This document shows, piece by piece, positions 1-9,912 of a DNA stretch of 64,000 nt. Position numbers and translations under genes: made by a program. How positions within the stretch are numbered: position 1 is the first letter of the stretch; the number at the start of each line of letters is the position of its first letter. The stretch comes from an uncultured Desulfurococcaceae archaeon (GTDB lineage: Archaea; Thermoproteota; Thermoprotei_A; Sulfolobales; NBVN01), in NCBI GenBank assembly GCA_964627805.1, contig CAZVLA010000004.1, positions 5,310 through 69,309 of the forward strand. The letters are read 5' to 3'. The notes under the pieces are model-generated. The model worked only from the letters and a program-made list of their open reading frames with translations, had not been told where the DNA came from and searched no databases.

Positions 1-136
1 GTCGATACTTAATTCAATACCGTCTAAGTAAGACTCCCTTACACGCTTGATTAAGTACTTAATATCGTCAGCACTCCTACCCAAGTCTCTATACCAGATA
101 GACGTCAGTATAGGTACTGAAGGCAGGTTCACCACC

Positions 137-1207
137 TCATACGCTCCTTAATACGTCAATAACAACCTTAGCAGGATCATCAAAGTTACTTCTTACCTTA
201 TTAAGTACCTCATCGAACCTCTTACACCTACACTCACTTACCCTATCACTACTTAATACATAGTTAAGTACTTCGTCAGTATCACCTACCTTAACGAGTG
301 GAAAGCCCTTCTTTATTAGGTAGGTATTTACGTATAGGTCATGAGGATAGTAAGTTAAGCCCAACGTACCTAGTAAGGCAGCCTCCCTAGCCATCGACGC
401 ACCACCAGTGACTACGGCTAAGGCATAATAAGTTAATGAAACTCCGTCGTAGCCTCCATTAATGACCCTAACATCAACTCCTAAACTTCTTAACTTCGTT
501 ATTAAATCCAAGTGCCTACTATACCTAGGCAGGACAAGGGGTGTTAAACCATGAGTATAAATCTCGGAGATTAGCTTCTCTAAATCTATCCTAACTCTAA
601 CACCCTTATAGTACGTAGCTAAATATTCGTGAGGCCTTATAATGACGTACTCGCAGGGTTTTAGACCTAGGCTCTCTAAGTACTTTAGGTTAGGTCTAGA
701 TCTAACAACCCACGTAACCTCATCTACTCCATCATAGGGTACTAGCTTTGTCATTCCCCTAGTAACGTACTTAGATATTTCAAATTCAGGTATTGCTGAT
801 GGGTACACTACGTAATCAGCTAAAGGAAGTGATAACCTACTAGGTATTACGGCATGAGGTGAGTCAGTTAGTGCTACATACTTAATACCTAAGCCAAAAG
901 CTACCCTAGACGCTGGTGGGTTAGGATACGCTATAAGTACGTCTGGATCCCACTTACTTACTAGATCAATTAAGGCCTTCATTCTCTCAACATCAGCTAA
1001 GACCTTTTCAATACTCCCCCCCTCTACATACCTACCAATAACTATGGGGTCAATTCCTAGCCTCCTTAACGACCCTACAGTGTATTCGTATTCTCTACAA
1101 GTAACTAACGTATCAAAGCCTAACCTCTCTAACTCTCTACGTATGTACCCAAGCAATGTACCCTGCTTAGACGTTAATGCGTCCAGCCATACCCTAATGC
1201 ATCCCAC
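137..1207 (-). CDS. DUF354-family protein (predicted glycosyltransferase-like)
   Basis: 356-aa ORF. IRVWLDALTSKQ..GFDTLVTCREYEYT..GIDPIVIGRY and DPDVLIAYPNPPASRVAFGLGIKYVALTDSPHA follow the pattern I recall for archaeal DUF354 proteins. Divergent from a phosphohexomutase gene. Confidence 0.55.
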   Translation of the reverse strand: MGCIRVWLDALTSKQGTLLGYIRRELERLGFDTLVTCREYEYTVGSLRRLGIDPIVIGRYVEGGSIEKVLADVERMKALIDLVSKWDPDVLIAYPNPPASRVAFGLGIKYVALTDSPHAVIPSRLSLPLADYVVYPSAIPEFEISKYVTRGMTKLVPYDGVDEVTWVVRSRPNLKYLESLGLKPCEYVIIRPHEYLATYYKGVRVRIDLEKLISEIYTHGLTPLVLPRYSRHLDLITKLRSLGVDVRVINGGYDGVSLTYYALAVVTGGASMAREAALLGTLGLTYYPHDLYVNTYLIKKGFPLVKVGDTDEVLNYVLSSDRVSECRCKRFDEVLNKVRSNFDDPAKVVIDVLRSV

Positions 1208-1258
1208 CTAAGAGTAGTTGGTGTATTGGAAATATAATAACTTCAGTCAATATATAAC

Positions 1259-2656
1259 GTGGCGTTCGGGATGAAGGGGTATCCGAGGCTCTTCGGTACG
1301 GACGGCGTCAGGGGAGTGGTTAATGAGTGGTTAATACCTGAACGCGTACTTAGGCTCTCACTAGCAATAGGTACTTACTTAGGTGAGGGGTCGAGGGTAT
1401 TAGTTGGTAGAGACGCTAGGGCAGGTAATAGCTTCATAACTAACATAGTGATAGGTGGTCTAGTAGCAACAGGTATTAAAGTGTACTACGCAGGCTACGT
1501 ACCCACACCAGCACTTCAGTACTACATAAAGAGCCTCGGAGGGTTCGATGCTGGGGTCATGATTACGGCATCACATAACCCACCCGAATACAGTGGTATT
1601 AAGGTAATTGCTTCAGACGGTGTTGAATTACCTCATGAGGAGGAAAGAGTTATTGAGAAGATATACTATGAAGAGTCTTTCAGGAGAGTCCCTTGGAGTA
1701 AGTTAAGTAAGGATTATGAAGTAGTTACTGACGTTAATGAGCACTACGTAGATGGGGTACTTCAGCATGTTGATAGAGACAGAATAGCGTCTAAGGGGTT
1801 TAAGGTTGTTGTTGATGCAGCTAATAATGTTGCGTCACTAACGACGCCAAGACTACTTAAGAAGTTAGGAGTTAAGGTAGTGGGGCTAAATACGGAGTTA
1901 TCGCCAGTACCTAATAGATACCCCGAACCAGTTCCTGAGAATTTAGCTGATGCTGTTGAGGTCGTTAAGTCGCTAGGTGCGGATTTTGGCGTAGCTCACG
2001 ATGGTGACGGTGATAGGGCTATATACATCGATGACTTAGGTAGGGTAATATCAGGTGATAGGACAGCCGTCCTGCTCTGTAAGCACATAGTTAGTAATAA
2101 GAACGTTAAAGCCCCTAAGAGAGTAGTTACTGCCGTATCCTCAAGTACCATAATAGAGGATGTGCTTAGAGAGTATGGTGTTGAGGTTGTATGGACTAAG
2201 GTAGGTAGTATAACGATAGCCCGTACAATGATGAGGGTAGGCGCCCTAGCAGGCTTTGAGGAAAATGGTGGGTTCATGTACCCACCACATCAGTACGTTA
2301 GAGATGGTGCTATGTCACTAGCCTTAATGCTCGAGTTCCTAAGTTATGAAGGTAGGAAGTTATCGGAGTTAATTAATGAGTTGCCTAGGAGGTACATCAT
2401 AAAGACGAAGGTACCCTTAAGGAGAAGGGAGGAAGCTACTAAGGTTATTGAGGAGGTTAAGAAGGTTTTTGGAGCTGGTAAGAGGGTGATAGATATAGAC
2501 GGTGTTAAGGTAATAGGTAAGGACTTCTGGGTCTTAGTAAGGCCTAGCGGTACTGAGCCCATCCTTAGAGTATTTGTTGAAGCTAGTGATGAAGAGAGTA
2601 CCAAGAAACTACTTAATGAGGTTCTAACCCTAATTAAGGGGGTGTTGAGTGGTTGA
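1259..2656 (+). CDS. alpha-D-phosphohexomutase (phosphoglucosamine/phosphomannomutase)
   Basis: FGTDGVRG N-terminus, active-site Ser loop ITASHNP, metal loop GVAHDGDGDR, sugar loop GFEENGG, C-terminal RPSGTEP. This is the full motif set of the family. Confidence 0.9.
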   Translation: MAFGMKGYPRLFGTDGVRGVVNEWLIPERVLRLSLAIGTYLGEGSRVLVGRDARAGNSFITNIVIGGLVATGIKVYYAGYVPTPALQYYIKSLGGFDAGVMITASHNPPEYSGIKVIASDGVELPHEEERVIEKIYYEESFRRVPWSKLSKDYEVVTDVNEHYVDGVLQHVDRDRIASKGFKVVVDAANNVASLTTPRLLKKLGVKVVGLNTELSPVPNRYPEPVPENLADAVEVVKSLGADFGVAHDGDGDRAIYIDDLGRVISGDRTAVLLCKHIVSNKNVKAPKRVVTAVSSSTIIEDVLREYGVEVVWTKVGSITIARTMMRVGALAGFEENGGFMYPPHQYVRDGAMSLALMLEFLSYEGRKLSELINELPRRYIIKTKVPLRRREEATKVIEEVKKVFGAGKRVIDIDGVKVIGKDFWVLVRPSGTEPILRVFVEASDEESTKKLLNEVLTLIKGVLSG

Positions 2657-3054
2657 GGTACGCATTACTAAATCTATTAGCCTGCCCTATGTGCAAGCAC
2701 TTTCCCTTAAGGCTTTACGTATTTGAGAAGAACGTACTTAGTAAGGAATTCGATGTAGCTACGCCATTCTGCGACCTCTACTGCGGGCTTAAGGGGGAGT
2801 ATATAGAGAAGTTAGATAAGGACACCCTAAATTGTAAGGAGTGTGTTAAGGTAGATATAATTGCAGGGATAATAACATGCCCCAAATGTGGTAGGTGGTA
2901 CCCAATAATAGATGGTATACCGTGGATGTACCCAGATAACATGAGGAGGCATCACAGAATTAGGAGTAAGGAGATTGAGTTCATTAAGAAGTATAAGGAC
3001 CTCATTCCTAATGAAGTAAAGGATAATATAATGAAATATCTTGAGGAGCCGTGA
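2653..3054 (+). CDS. Trm112-like zinc-ribbon protein
   Basis: LLNLLACPMCK at the N-terminus and ITCPKCGRWYPIIDGIPWM near the C-terminus match the Trm112/DUF343 signature. 4-nt overlap with the upstream gene. Confidence 0.65.
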   Translation: MRYALLNLLACPMCKHFPLRLYVFEKNVLSKEFDVATPFCDLYCGLKGEYIEKLDKDTLNCKECVKVDIIAGIITCPKCGRWYPIIDGIPWMYPDNMRRHHRIRSKEIEFIKKYKDLIPNEVKDNIMKYLEEP

Positions 3055-3137
3055 GCGAATTAAGTAAATTAGTGCATTATTAGTGTTTAAAGAAGTCAGT
3101 AATCGGTAATAAGTAAAAATATAGTAAGGGTAGCTAA

Positions 3138-3626
3138 TTACCTAAACCTTCTCCTTCTCCTCCTTCCTAAACCCCTTAAACTACGTAGTAGCATCTCTGT
3201 TGTTGAGTCCAGAGACTGTATGAATGCCCTTAACTCATTAATTACCTCTTTTACCCTACCTAACTCATCCTGAGATACTCTACCGCCTTCAGCATCTAGG
3301 AACTCCTTACCTAATGACGTTAGCCTCAACTTCCTACTAATAGGGTCTGACTCAATAAGTCCTAAGTAAAGTAGTACTCTAACATCCTCTTGAACCTCCT
3401 TACTATTCGGTGTATCGGCTATTAAGTAGAAGTTATACCCCAAGTCAATTCCCTTTTCCTCCTTCATCTTATGTAGTAACTGAGTTAATGCTTTCTCAGA
3501 TATTTCGCCTACTTCATTAATTATGTGTAGTAACATTAACTTCCTCTTGTCACGCTTCACGGCTTCAACAGTCACTACCGGCCTAGTAACAATCTTTAAT
3601 TCCTTAGTTGTCTTAGACTGAGACAA
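3138..3626 (-). CDS. hypothetical protein (possible winged-helix, Arg-rich C-terminal tail)
   Basis: 162-aa ORF with host-like codon usage and no competing ORF. The C-terminus is GLGRRRRRRFR. No family recognised. Confidence 0.4.
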   Translation of the reverse strand: MSQSKTTKELKIVTRPVVTVEAVKRDKRKLMLLHIINEVGEISEKALTQLLHKMKEEKGIDLGYNFYLIADTPNSKEVQEDVRVLLYLGLIESDPISRKLRLTSLGKEFLDAEGGRVSQDELGRVKEVINELRAFIQSLDSTTEMLLRSLRGLGRRRRRRFR

Positions 3627-3695
3627 CCACTTACCCCAAACACATCACAGTACGTTGTTTATTAAGCATTACGTAATTAGATCCGATATTAGAAT

Positions 3696-3704
3696 CTTTA
3701 TAAG
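3696..3704 (+). promoter_or_regulatory. TATA-box-like element upstream of the TIP49 gene
   Basis: CTTTATAAG lies 26-34 nt upstream of ATG 3730, the spacing typical of leaderless crenarchaeal transcripts. Confidence 0.4.
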
Positions 3705-3729
3705 CACCGTAACTTATCAAAACTTTATC

Positions 3730-5112
3730 ATGGGGTTAAGTATGTGTGCGGAGATTAGGGAGATTAAAGCACCTAGTGTTGAGAGATTCATGGTCAGTCT
3801 GCATAGCCACATTAGGGGTTTAGGACTTGATGAAAGAGGGGAACCACTACCAATAGCTGACGGATTAGTAGGTCAATTAAAAGCTAGGAAGGCAGCTGGG
3901 ATTGTTGTTGAGATGATTAGGCAGGGTAGGATGACTGGTAAGGGTATATTATTTGTAGGCCCTCCAGGTACTGGTAAGACGGCCTTAGCAGTAGCTATTG
4001 CTAGGGAATTAGGTGAAGACACTCCTTTTGTAGCGTTAGATGGTGCTGAGATATACTCAACAGAGATTAAGAAGACTGAGGTACTTATGAGGGCTGTAAG
4101 GAGGGCTATAGGTGTTAAGATTAGAGAGGTTAGGAAGGTTTATGAGGGTGTTGTTAAGGAGATTAAGATAGCATATGTAAGACATCCTTTCAATCCCTAC
4201 GTAAGAGTGCCTCGTGAAGCTAAGATAACATTAGTAACTAGAGACGATAGAGTTACCTTAAGTGTTGGTGAGGAAGTGACAGCGCAATTAGTTCAGCTAA
4301 GGGTTAGAAGGGGTGATCATATATGGATAGATGCTGAGACGGGGGTAGTACATAAGGTGGGAAGGGTCAAGGGTGTTGAGAAGGCTAGGTACTACGACGT
4401 AGAGCCTTGGCGTGTTGAGAAGGAAATGCCTAGAGGTCCTGTGAAGCGTGAGAAGGAGATTGTTAGGGTGTTAACACTTAACGACTTAGACATGGTAGTT
4501 GCTAGTCAGAGATTCTCGATTACCGGGCTATTAGGTATAGAGCTTGAGAAGGAGATTGATGAGGAGGTTAGGAAGAGCGTGAATGCCCAGGTGAGGAAGT
4601 GGCTTGAGGAGAAGAAAGCCGAGATAGTTCCGGGGGTATTATTCATAGATGATGCGCATCTATTAGATCTAGAGGCGTTTTCATTCCTAACTAGGATTCT
4701 AGAGAGTGAGTTCTCGCCTATACTGATACTAGCAACTAATAGAGGTACTACGAGGATACGTGGTACTGATATTGAATCACCTCACGGGATACCTCTAGAC
4801 CTCCTAGATAGGTTACTAATAATACCTTTAGAACCATATACGAGGGATGAGATTAAGGAGATAATTAAGATAAGGGCTGATGAGGAAGACATAGTTTTAA
4901 GTGATGACGCTATAGAGAAGCTAGCTGATATAGGTAGTGAGAGGAGCTTAAGATACGCTGTTCAGTTACTTAGACCTGCACAGATAATAGCTCAGAGGAA
5001 GGGTAGGAAAGAGGTTAGTAGTGAAGATGTTGAGGAGGCTTCAAAGTTATTCACAGATACAAGAAGTAGTGTGGAGTTCATTAGGAAGTATGAGGAGCTA
5101 TTCATGAAGTAG
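3730..5112 (+). CDS. TIP49/RuvB-like AAA+ ATPase
   Basis: HSHIRGLGLD, Walker A GPPGTGKT, Walker B LFIDDAH, and the RuvBL-type inserted domain. The track start (TTG 3655) was moved to in-frame ATG 3730, which sits behind a TATA-like box. Confidence 0.8.
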   Translation: MGLSMCAEIREIKAPSVERFMVSLHSHIRGLGLDERGEPLPIADGLVGQLKARKAAGIVVEMIRQGRMTGKGILFVGPPGTGKTALAVAIARELGEDTPFVALDGAEIYSTEIKKTEVLMRAVRRAIGVKIREVRKVYEGVVKEIKIAYVRHPFNPYVRVPREAKITLVTRDDRVTLSVGEEVTAQLVQLRVRRGDHIWIDAETGVVHKVGRVKGVEKARYYDVEPWRVEKEMPRGPVKREKEIVRVLTLNDLDMVVASQRFSITGLLGIELEKEIDEEVRKSVNAQVRKWLEEKKAEIVPGVLFIDDAHLLDLEAFSFLTRILESEFSPILILATNRGTTRIRGTDIESPHGIPLDLLDRLLIIPLEPYTRDEIKEIIKIRADEEDIVLSDDAIEKLADIGSERSLRYAVQLLRPAQIIAQRKGRKEVSSEDVEEASKLFTDTRSSVEFIRKYEELFMK

Positions 5113-5446
5113 CGATTACTTCTTCATCCATCATTAACGGAGTAAGTAGTGTGGGATCACTAACCTCAATTTTCTCCTCACTAACATCATCCCCCTCCCT
5201 CAGCACTAAAGTAATCACTAAGTAACTACCTACCCTAGCCACTTTAACTCTCTTAACTAATGATGGTAAGTCATTACCTATATCCTCACCTACCCCTCCC
5301 CTAGTCAGCTCCTTAAGTATCCTAGCCCTGACCTTAAGGGCTATGTATCTATCATATCCGGTTACAGCCAGTAGTACGAGCACGATACTCAATACTAATA
5401 AAGTAACTTCTATTAACACATCAGCACCCAATCTTACTGTACTCAT
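5102..5446 (-). CDS. hypothetical membrane-anchored protein
   Basis: 114-aa ORF with one N-terminal hydrophobic helix (VLIEVTLLVLSIVLVLLAVTG). No family recognised. Confidence 0.35.
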   Translation of the reverse strand: MSTVRLGADVLIEVTLLVLSIVLVLLAVTGYDRYIALKVRARILKELTRGGVGEDIGNDLPSLVKRVKVARVGSYLVITLVLREGDDVSEEKIEVSDPTLLTPLMMDEEVIATS

Positions 5447-5458
5447 TGATACTATATT

Positions 5459-6178
5459 TTAAGGAGTGCAACTCTTGAGGTTACTTAAGGCCTCCCTGCA
5501 AGCCATTAATGGATCCTTAGACCTAGTTATGGCTGACCCTATCACTACTACCGAAGCACCCGCATCAACGAACCTGCAGACTTCGTGAGGCTTTATACCA
5601 CCACTTACTGAGAACCTAATCTCTCTACCATAAGACCCTATAAGATCCCTTATTATTTTAATGAATGACGATGCGGTAACACCTAATTTTCTTTGGACAT
5701 CAATACCTACATGTATATTAACTAACTCCACACCTAACCTAACTAACTCATCGATCCTACTACCTAATTTACTGAAGTCTATACCTACAGTATCAACCAC
5801 AACATCCATACCGTACTTACGTGCAGTCATTAGTGCCTCCCTAATGACCTCGTCATTAGTGGAGGCTAAGACCGTCGTTACGTCAAACCCATACCTCCAA
5901 GCCTCTGAGACCTCGATACTACCTACATCAGCTGTTTTAGTATCAGCTAACTTAATCGCGTTAATAGATAATTTATTAATTATGTCATTAAATATTCTCC
6001 TCATACCTTCAGTCTTGATTAGTGGTGTACCGAACTCTATGATGTCTGTTTCGGTATTAAGTATTAAGTTAAGGATCCTTAACGCATCCTTAATACTTGT
6101 GAAGTCTAAAGCTACTTGAAGTAATGCTCTACGACTCTTTCCTAGCTTATTGATTAGTTTTCCCATACATCTGACCAA
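5459..6178 (-). CDS. 3-hexulose-6-phosphate synthase (OMP-decarboxylase superfamily)
   Basis: LQVALDF..DIIEFGTPLIKTEGMRRI..LADTKTADVGSIEV matches the HPS/KGPDC signature (LQvAlD, EvGTPLik, aDlKtmDaG). Confidence 0.65.
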   Translation of the reverse strand: MVRCMGKLINKLGKSRRALLQVALDFTSIKDALRILNLILNTETDIIEFGTPLIKTEGMRRIFNDIINKLSINAIKLADTKTADVGSIEVSEAWRYGFDVTTVLASTNDEVIREALMTARKYGMDVVVDTVGIDFSKLGSRIDELVRLGVELVNIHVGIDVQRKLGVTASSFIKIIRDLIGSYGREIRFSVSGGIKPHEVCRFVDAGASVVVIGSAITRSKDPLMACREALSNLKSCTP

Positions 6179-6285
6179 GAAGATTTGGGAGTTAGGTATT
6201 ATTTCGTTTTCCCTATTATGTACTGATGCTTCCTAGATGGTCTTTAAAAAATGTTTTGGCGTAGCTACTTACTAACTACGTTACC

Positions 6286-6594
6286 TTACTCCTTCTTAGC
6301 TAGCACTATCTCGATAGTTGAGACCCTAGTCTGCCTGCCGTCGGCGGTAGTTACTACTTGGCTACCGATCTTAATATCCTTAATCTCTACCTTATCAGGT
6401 AGGAACCTACTCCTTACGATCTCCACAGTATCTACTGCCTTACTTATTGCCCTACCCCTAGCCTTCACTACGATCTCACTAACTCCCTGGTTTAGTAGTG
6501 TTAGTGTTGCTAGTACGTAGTTCATTACGGGCTTCTTACCTACTAGGACTACATTGCTTGATATTGGGCTTGGGGCCTGAGACTCGGATGACAT
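6286..6594 (-). CDS. albA: chromatin protein Alba (Sac10b family)
   Basis: [49 protein letters not shown] is the classic Alba core. Confidence 0.9.
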   Translation of the reverse strand: MSSESQAPSPISSNVVLVGKKPVMNYVLATLTLLNQGVSEIVVKARGRAISKAVDTVEIVRSRFLPDKVEIKDIKIGSQVVTTADGRQTRVSTIEIVLAKKE

Positions 6595-6777
6595 ATCTAC
6601 TCACCTTCTGCCTCGCTGTGTATTGTTCTCGCATAAATTCCTTGGGGATCCCCTTATAAGCGTTTCCTCTCGATTACATTCATAATACTACTTAAGGTAT
6701 TTCTTAAAACCTTAAGTATACTTAATATGAAAACCTAAAACTAATTAATTAAGGAAGTAGCTAGTTGCTAGGGTGCG

Positions 6778-7116
6778 ATGTTGGTTAGTGATGAGGTTGT
6801 ATTTAGGAAGGATTTCGTAGGTGTTGCTAAGATTGAGAAGACCGTAGTTGACATTGCTAGAGGCTTGGCTGAAGCTAGAATAAGTCCTCAAGACCTAACT
6901 AATCCTGTTTCATTTCAGATAGCATTCTCAAGGCTTTATGAAGCAATAATAAAGTCCCTAGAGCAGGGCGGTAGAACTTCATACGTAGCTGAGGTGAGGT
7001 TTAAGGATAGCTTAGGTAATGTAGTTACATTCGCTCTAGACTTAGGTGAGCAACCACCTCCGGTATCCTCTAACGTCGTTAAGGCGAGGATAACTGTTGA
7101 ATTAATTGAGGAGTAA
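6778..7116 (+). CDS. hypothetical protein
   Basis: 112-aa ORF with host-like purine-rich codons and no overlapping alternative. No family recognised. Confidence 0.4.
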   Translation: MLVSDEVVFRKDFVGVAKIEKTVVDIARGLAEARISPQDLTNPVSFQIAFSRLYEAIIKSLEQGGRTSYVAEVRFKDSLGNVVTFALDLGEQPPPVSSNVVKARITVELIEE

Positions 7117-7186
7117 TTTACTGGAGAACTTAAGTTCTTTTAAGTAAACACTATATAAGAACTCATTAGCTAGGGGTAAGGAGTAG

Positions 7187-8833
7187 ATGGGAGACAACGA
7201 AGATGAGCTGACCTTCACGGTTAAGAGCTGGTTAAGTGACTATGATTTTAGGAGATTATTAAGGATAGCTAAGTATTTGGGGAGGCGCGGAGGCGCTTCA
7301 GTATTTAGACTTAACATAAGCTCGGTAATCGATAGTGGTTATGGGGTAGACGATGTCATAGCTTTACTCGATGAGGTAAATGCTGAATATTCAGACGGTT
7401 TAATTAATGTCCTTGAGGATAAACTAAAAAGAGGAACTAGAGGAAGAGTGATTATAGAATTCAACGGTAAGTACCTTGTACTGAGATTTAGTAATTACTT
7501 AGGTAAGCTATACGATGAACTGAGGGAGTTTATGCGTTACGATAAATCACTTAAGGTATTTAAGGCGCTACCTTATAGGTATAGTGAGTTAATTAATAAG
7601 TTGAGAGATCTAGGGTTTGACATTGATGACAGAACAAACTTCCTTGTTAACTCTCCATTGAGTATTAATGCTGTGTTTAAGGGTGTCCTAAGGGATTATC
7701 AGGAGGAGGCAATTAATTCCTGGGTAAGGAATCACTATAGAGGAGTAATTGCATTACCTACGGGTTCGGGTAAGACAGTAATAGCTATTGCAGCATTAGT
7801 TAAGCTACGTCAACGAGCGTTAGTAATAGCTTACACTAAAGAGCAATTGAATCAGTGGAGAGATGCTATACTGAAGTTTACTAACATCCCTGAATACATG
7901 ATAGGTATGTACTACAGCAGGGAGAAGAGGTTAGCCCCAATAACCTTAACTACGTATCAAACAGCTTATAGGCACGTAGATAAGTTCATGAGGTATTACC
8001 CACTACTAATAATTGATGAGGTGCATCACCTACCAGCTGAGAAGTTTAGGAGGATAGCTACTTTAATGCCCTCACCCTATAGGATGGGGTTGTCGGCAAC
8101 ACCTTACAGGGAGGATGGGAAGCATGTTGAGTTATTCCCATTAATGGGTGGTATAGTATATTATAGAACACCTCAGGAGTTGGCTGAGAAGGGTTACTTA
8201 GCGGAGTATAAGATAGTGACGGTTAAGGTTAGCCTAAAACCGCAAGAAAGGAAGAGGCTGCTTGAATTAAGGAGAAAGTACAGATCTCTCGTAGGTTACG
8301 CTCAGTTTGAGGACGTACTTAAGGCTGCTAGGGAGGGAGATGAAAAAGCCATTGAAGCACTTAGGGTTCATAATGAGATGAAGATGCTTATTCAGAAGTC
8401 TGAGGCTAAAATCGAGAAGGTACGTGAGTTAATTAATAGGGAGTTAGAGCGTGGTAGTAAAATCATAGTATTCGCTCATTATGTAGATTTAGCTGAGAGA
8501 ATAGCTAAGGAAGTTGGAGGGTTACTACTAACAGGTAATGTACCTACGGAACGTAGGAGAGAGATCCTTAGGAAGTTTAGGGACATTAAATCAGGTGTTT
8601 TAGTAGTTACTACCTTAGGTGATGAAGGACTCGACATACCTGATGCTAACGTAGGTATACTAGTAGCAGGTACTGGATCTAGGAGGCAGTTCATTCAAAG
8701 ACTAGGTAGGTTACTGAGGCCTAGTGAAGGTAAGGTATCAGTACTTTATGAGGTAGTAGCTAAGGGTACTTCAGAGGAGCTTCAGTCACGAAAGAGAAAG
8801 GAGATTAAACTCGATGAAGAGTTAATGCCTTAA
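7187..8833 (+). CDS. xpb: XPB/Rad25-type SF2 DNA helicase
   Basis: LRDYQEEAI, Walker A LPTGSGKT, DEVHH box, LSATP, and the C-terminal helicase lobe (TTLGDEGLDIPDANV, QRLGRLLR), preceded by an N-terminal damage-recognition-like domain. Confidence 0.8.
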   Translation: MGDNEDELTFTVKSWLSDYDFRRLLRIAKYLGRRGGASVFRLNISSVIDSGYGVDDVIALLDEVNAEYSDGLINVLEDKLKRGTRGRVIIEFNGKYLVLRFSNYLGKLYDELREFMRYDKSLKVFKALPYRYSELINKLRDLGFDIDDRTNFLVNSPLSINAVFKGVLRDYQEEAINSWVRNHYRGVIALPTGSGKTVIAIAALVKLRQRALVIAYTKEQLNQWRDAILKFTNIPEYMIGMYYSREKRLAPITLTTYQTAYRHVDKFMRYYPLLIIDEVHHLPAEKFRRIATLMPSPYRMGLSATPYREDGKHVELFPLMGGIVYYRTPQELAEKGYLAEYKIVTVKVSLKPQERKRLLELRRKYRSLVGYAQFEDVLKAAREGDEKAIEALRVHNEMKMLIQKSEAKIEKVRELINRELERGSKIIVFAHYVDLAERIAKEVGGLLLTGNVPTERRREILRKFRDIKSGVLVVTTLGDEGLDIPDANVGILVAGTGSRRQFIQRLGRLLRPSEGKVSVLYEVVAKGTSEELQSRKRKEIKLDEELMP

Positions 8834-9642
8834 CACGTATAGAGAATGGACTTAAGCAGGATATTAGGTGATATTAAGTTACTTAAGAACACTAACGACT
8901 TGTTATAGGGTATCTCAAGTATTGCGGGTGAGTCGTTTGCTAATACGAGGGGTTTAGAGAGTAGGTAGAACTTATCGTTCTTAGGTACGTGATAAACGAC
9001 ACATCCACCCCAATGATCGATTACTGTGGGGAAGTTAATACCGTAAATAACAGGATGTGATACCCAGAGAGGGAATACATCCTTGCAAGGACTATAGTCT
9101 AACTCATTCCCTCCGTAATTAGTTAGGTCTATAGGAGCCAATACGTGAGGTTTTAGCAAATAATCAGTTACGTACTCCGAAAATCTGGAAATGCATGATG
9201 AACCTAGTAACTCACATGCCTTATCACCTAATAATGTATTCACATAGTTTATGAAGTCAATTACTTCATTAAATTCCCCTCGGACTTTACTTATGTTTAA
9301 ATTAATGTTAACACCATTATTAAGTAAGTACTTACAATCTATCCAAGAATCCTCACGTAACTTAAGGATCTTAGCATTAAGACCTAACTGAAGAGTGCTT
9401 AGAATTTCATCTAGCTCATCCTCATGATCATTGCTCCTAATTACTATAGATGATGGAGGTATAACTACTAATCTCTTAATACCCTTAACATCTATAGTGA
9501 CTACATTAAAGTTTATTGAGTAATACAAGCTACCGATTCCTGTTAACGAAATTAAATCCTTCAATGCATTCATGATGATCTTATATACCTGTGGTTTACC
9601 CCAGTTAATGACCATTACATAGCTTCCCTCATTAAATCTCAT
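8830..9642 (-). CDS. hypothetical protein (A+T-rich orphan)
   Basis: 270-aa ORF, Asn/Ile/Leu-rich, visibly more A+T-rich than its neighbours. No motif recognised. Confidence 0.35.
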   Translation of the reverse strand: MRFNEGSYVMVINWGKPQVYKIIMNALKDLISLTGIGSLYYSINFNVVTIDVKGIKRLVVIPPSSIVIRSNDHEDELDEILSTLQLGLNAKILKLREDSWIDCKYLLNNGVNINLNISKVRGEFNEVIDFINYVNTLLGDKACELLGSSCISRFSEYVTDYLLKPHVLAPIDLTNYGGNELDYSPCKDVFPLWVSHPVIYGINFPTVIDHWGGCVVYHVPKNDKFYLLSKPLVLANDSPAILEIPYNKSLVFLSNLISPNILLKSILYTC

Positions 9643-9713
9643 GCTAGGACACCTAGTTACGTAAAGTAATTTAGGTGTAAACGTTTTAACGTTACTTCCC
9701 TAGTGAGTATTAG

Positions 9714-9781
9714 ATGATGAGCCTCGTAAGAACCGAGGTATGAGTTACTTAGCAACTAATGAGGTATAACCGGGCGGCTGA
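9714..9781 (+). ncRNA. candidate C/D-box sRNA
   Basis: C box ATGATGA 9714-9720, 12-nt guide, D' CCGA 9733-9736. C'-like ATGAGGT 9759-9765, 12-nt guide 9766-9777, D box CTGA 9778-9781. Both halves obey the 12-nt rule, but the D'-C' spacer is long (22 nt). Confidence 0.35.
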
Positions 9782-9912
9782 TTATGTAACTATATACAGT
9801 ATATAAAGTAGTTAACCTCAAATTATTTACTAGAATCGATAACTTGCCTAGTAATTAGTTCATAAAAATTTAGAGCTTAGACTTTATTAGTTGCTTGGTG
9901 CTATAAATATAC

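Noticed and set aside
5661-6119. Antisense track ORFs opposite well-supported genes. Examples are 1996-2277, 2344-2604, 5661-6119, 6251-6520, 8479-8694, 10710-10901, 11337-11519, 14581-14775, 15460-15657, 18704-19228, 20168-20740, 24263-24577, 27484-28392, 30807-31277, 31990-33297, 38511-38927, 43702-43926, 46387-46641, 53049-53252 and 53452-53784
   Set aside because: Each lies entirely within a longer opposite-strand gene that has recognisable family motifs. The products are Ser/Thr/Leu-rich with no motifs, as expected for the reverse frame of purine-rich coding strands.
8830-9642. The ORF next to xpb as the Bax1 nuclease
   Set aside because: It is convergent rather than co-transcribed and is much shorter than the Bax1 proteins I recall. 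I see no nuclease-type acidic/Lys motif. It is kept as hypothetical.
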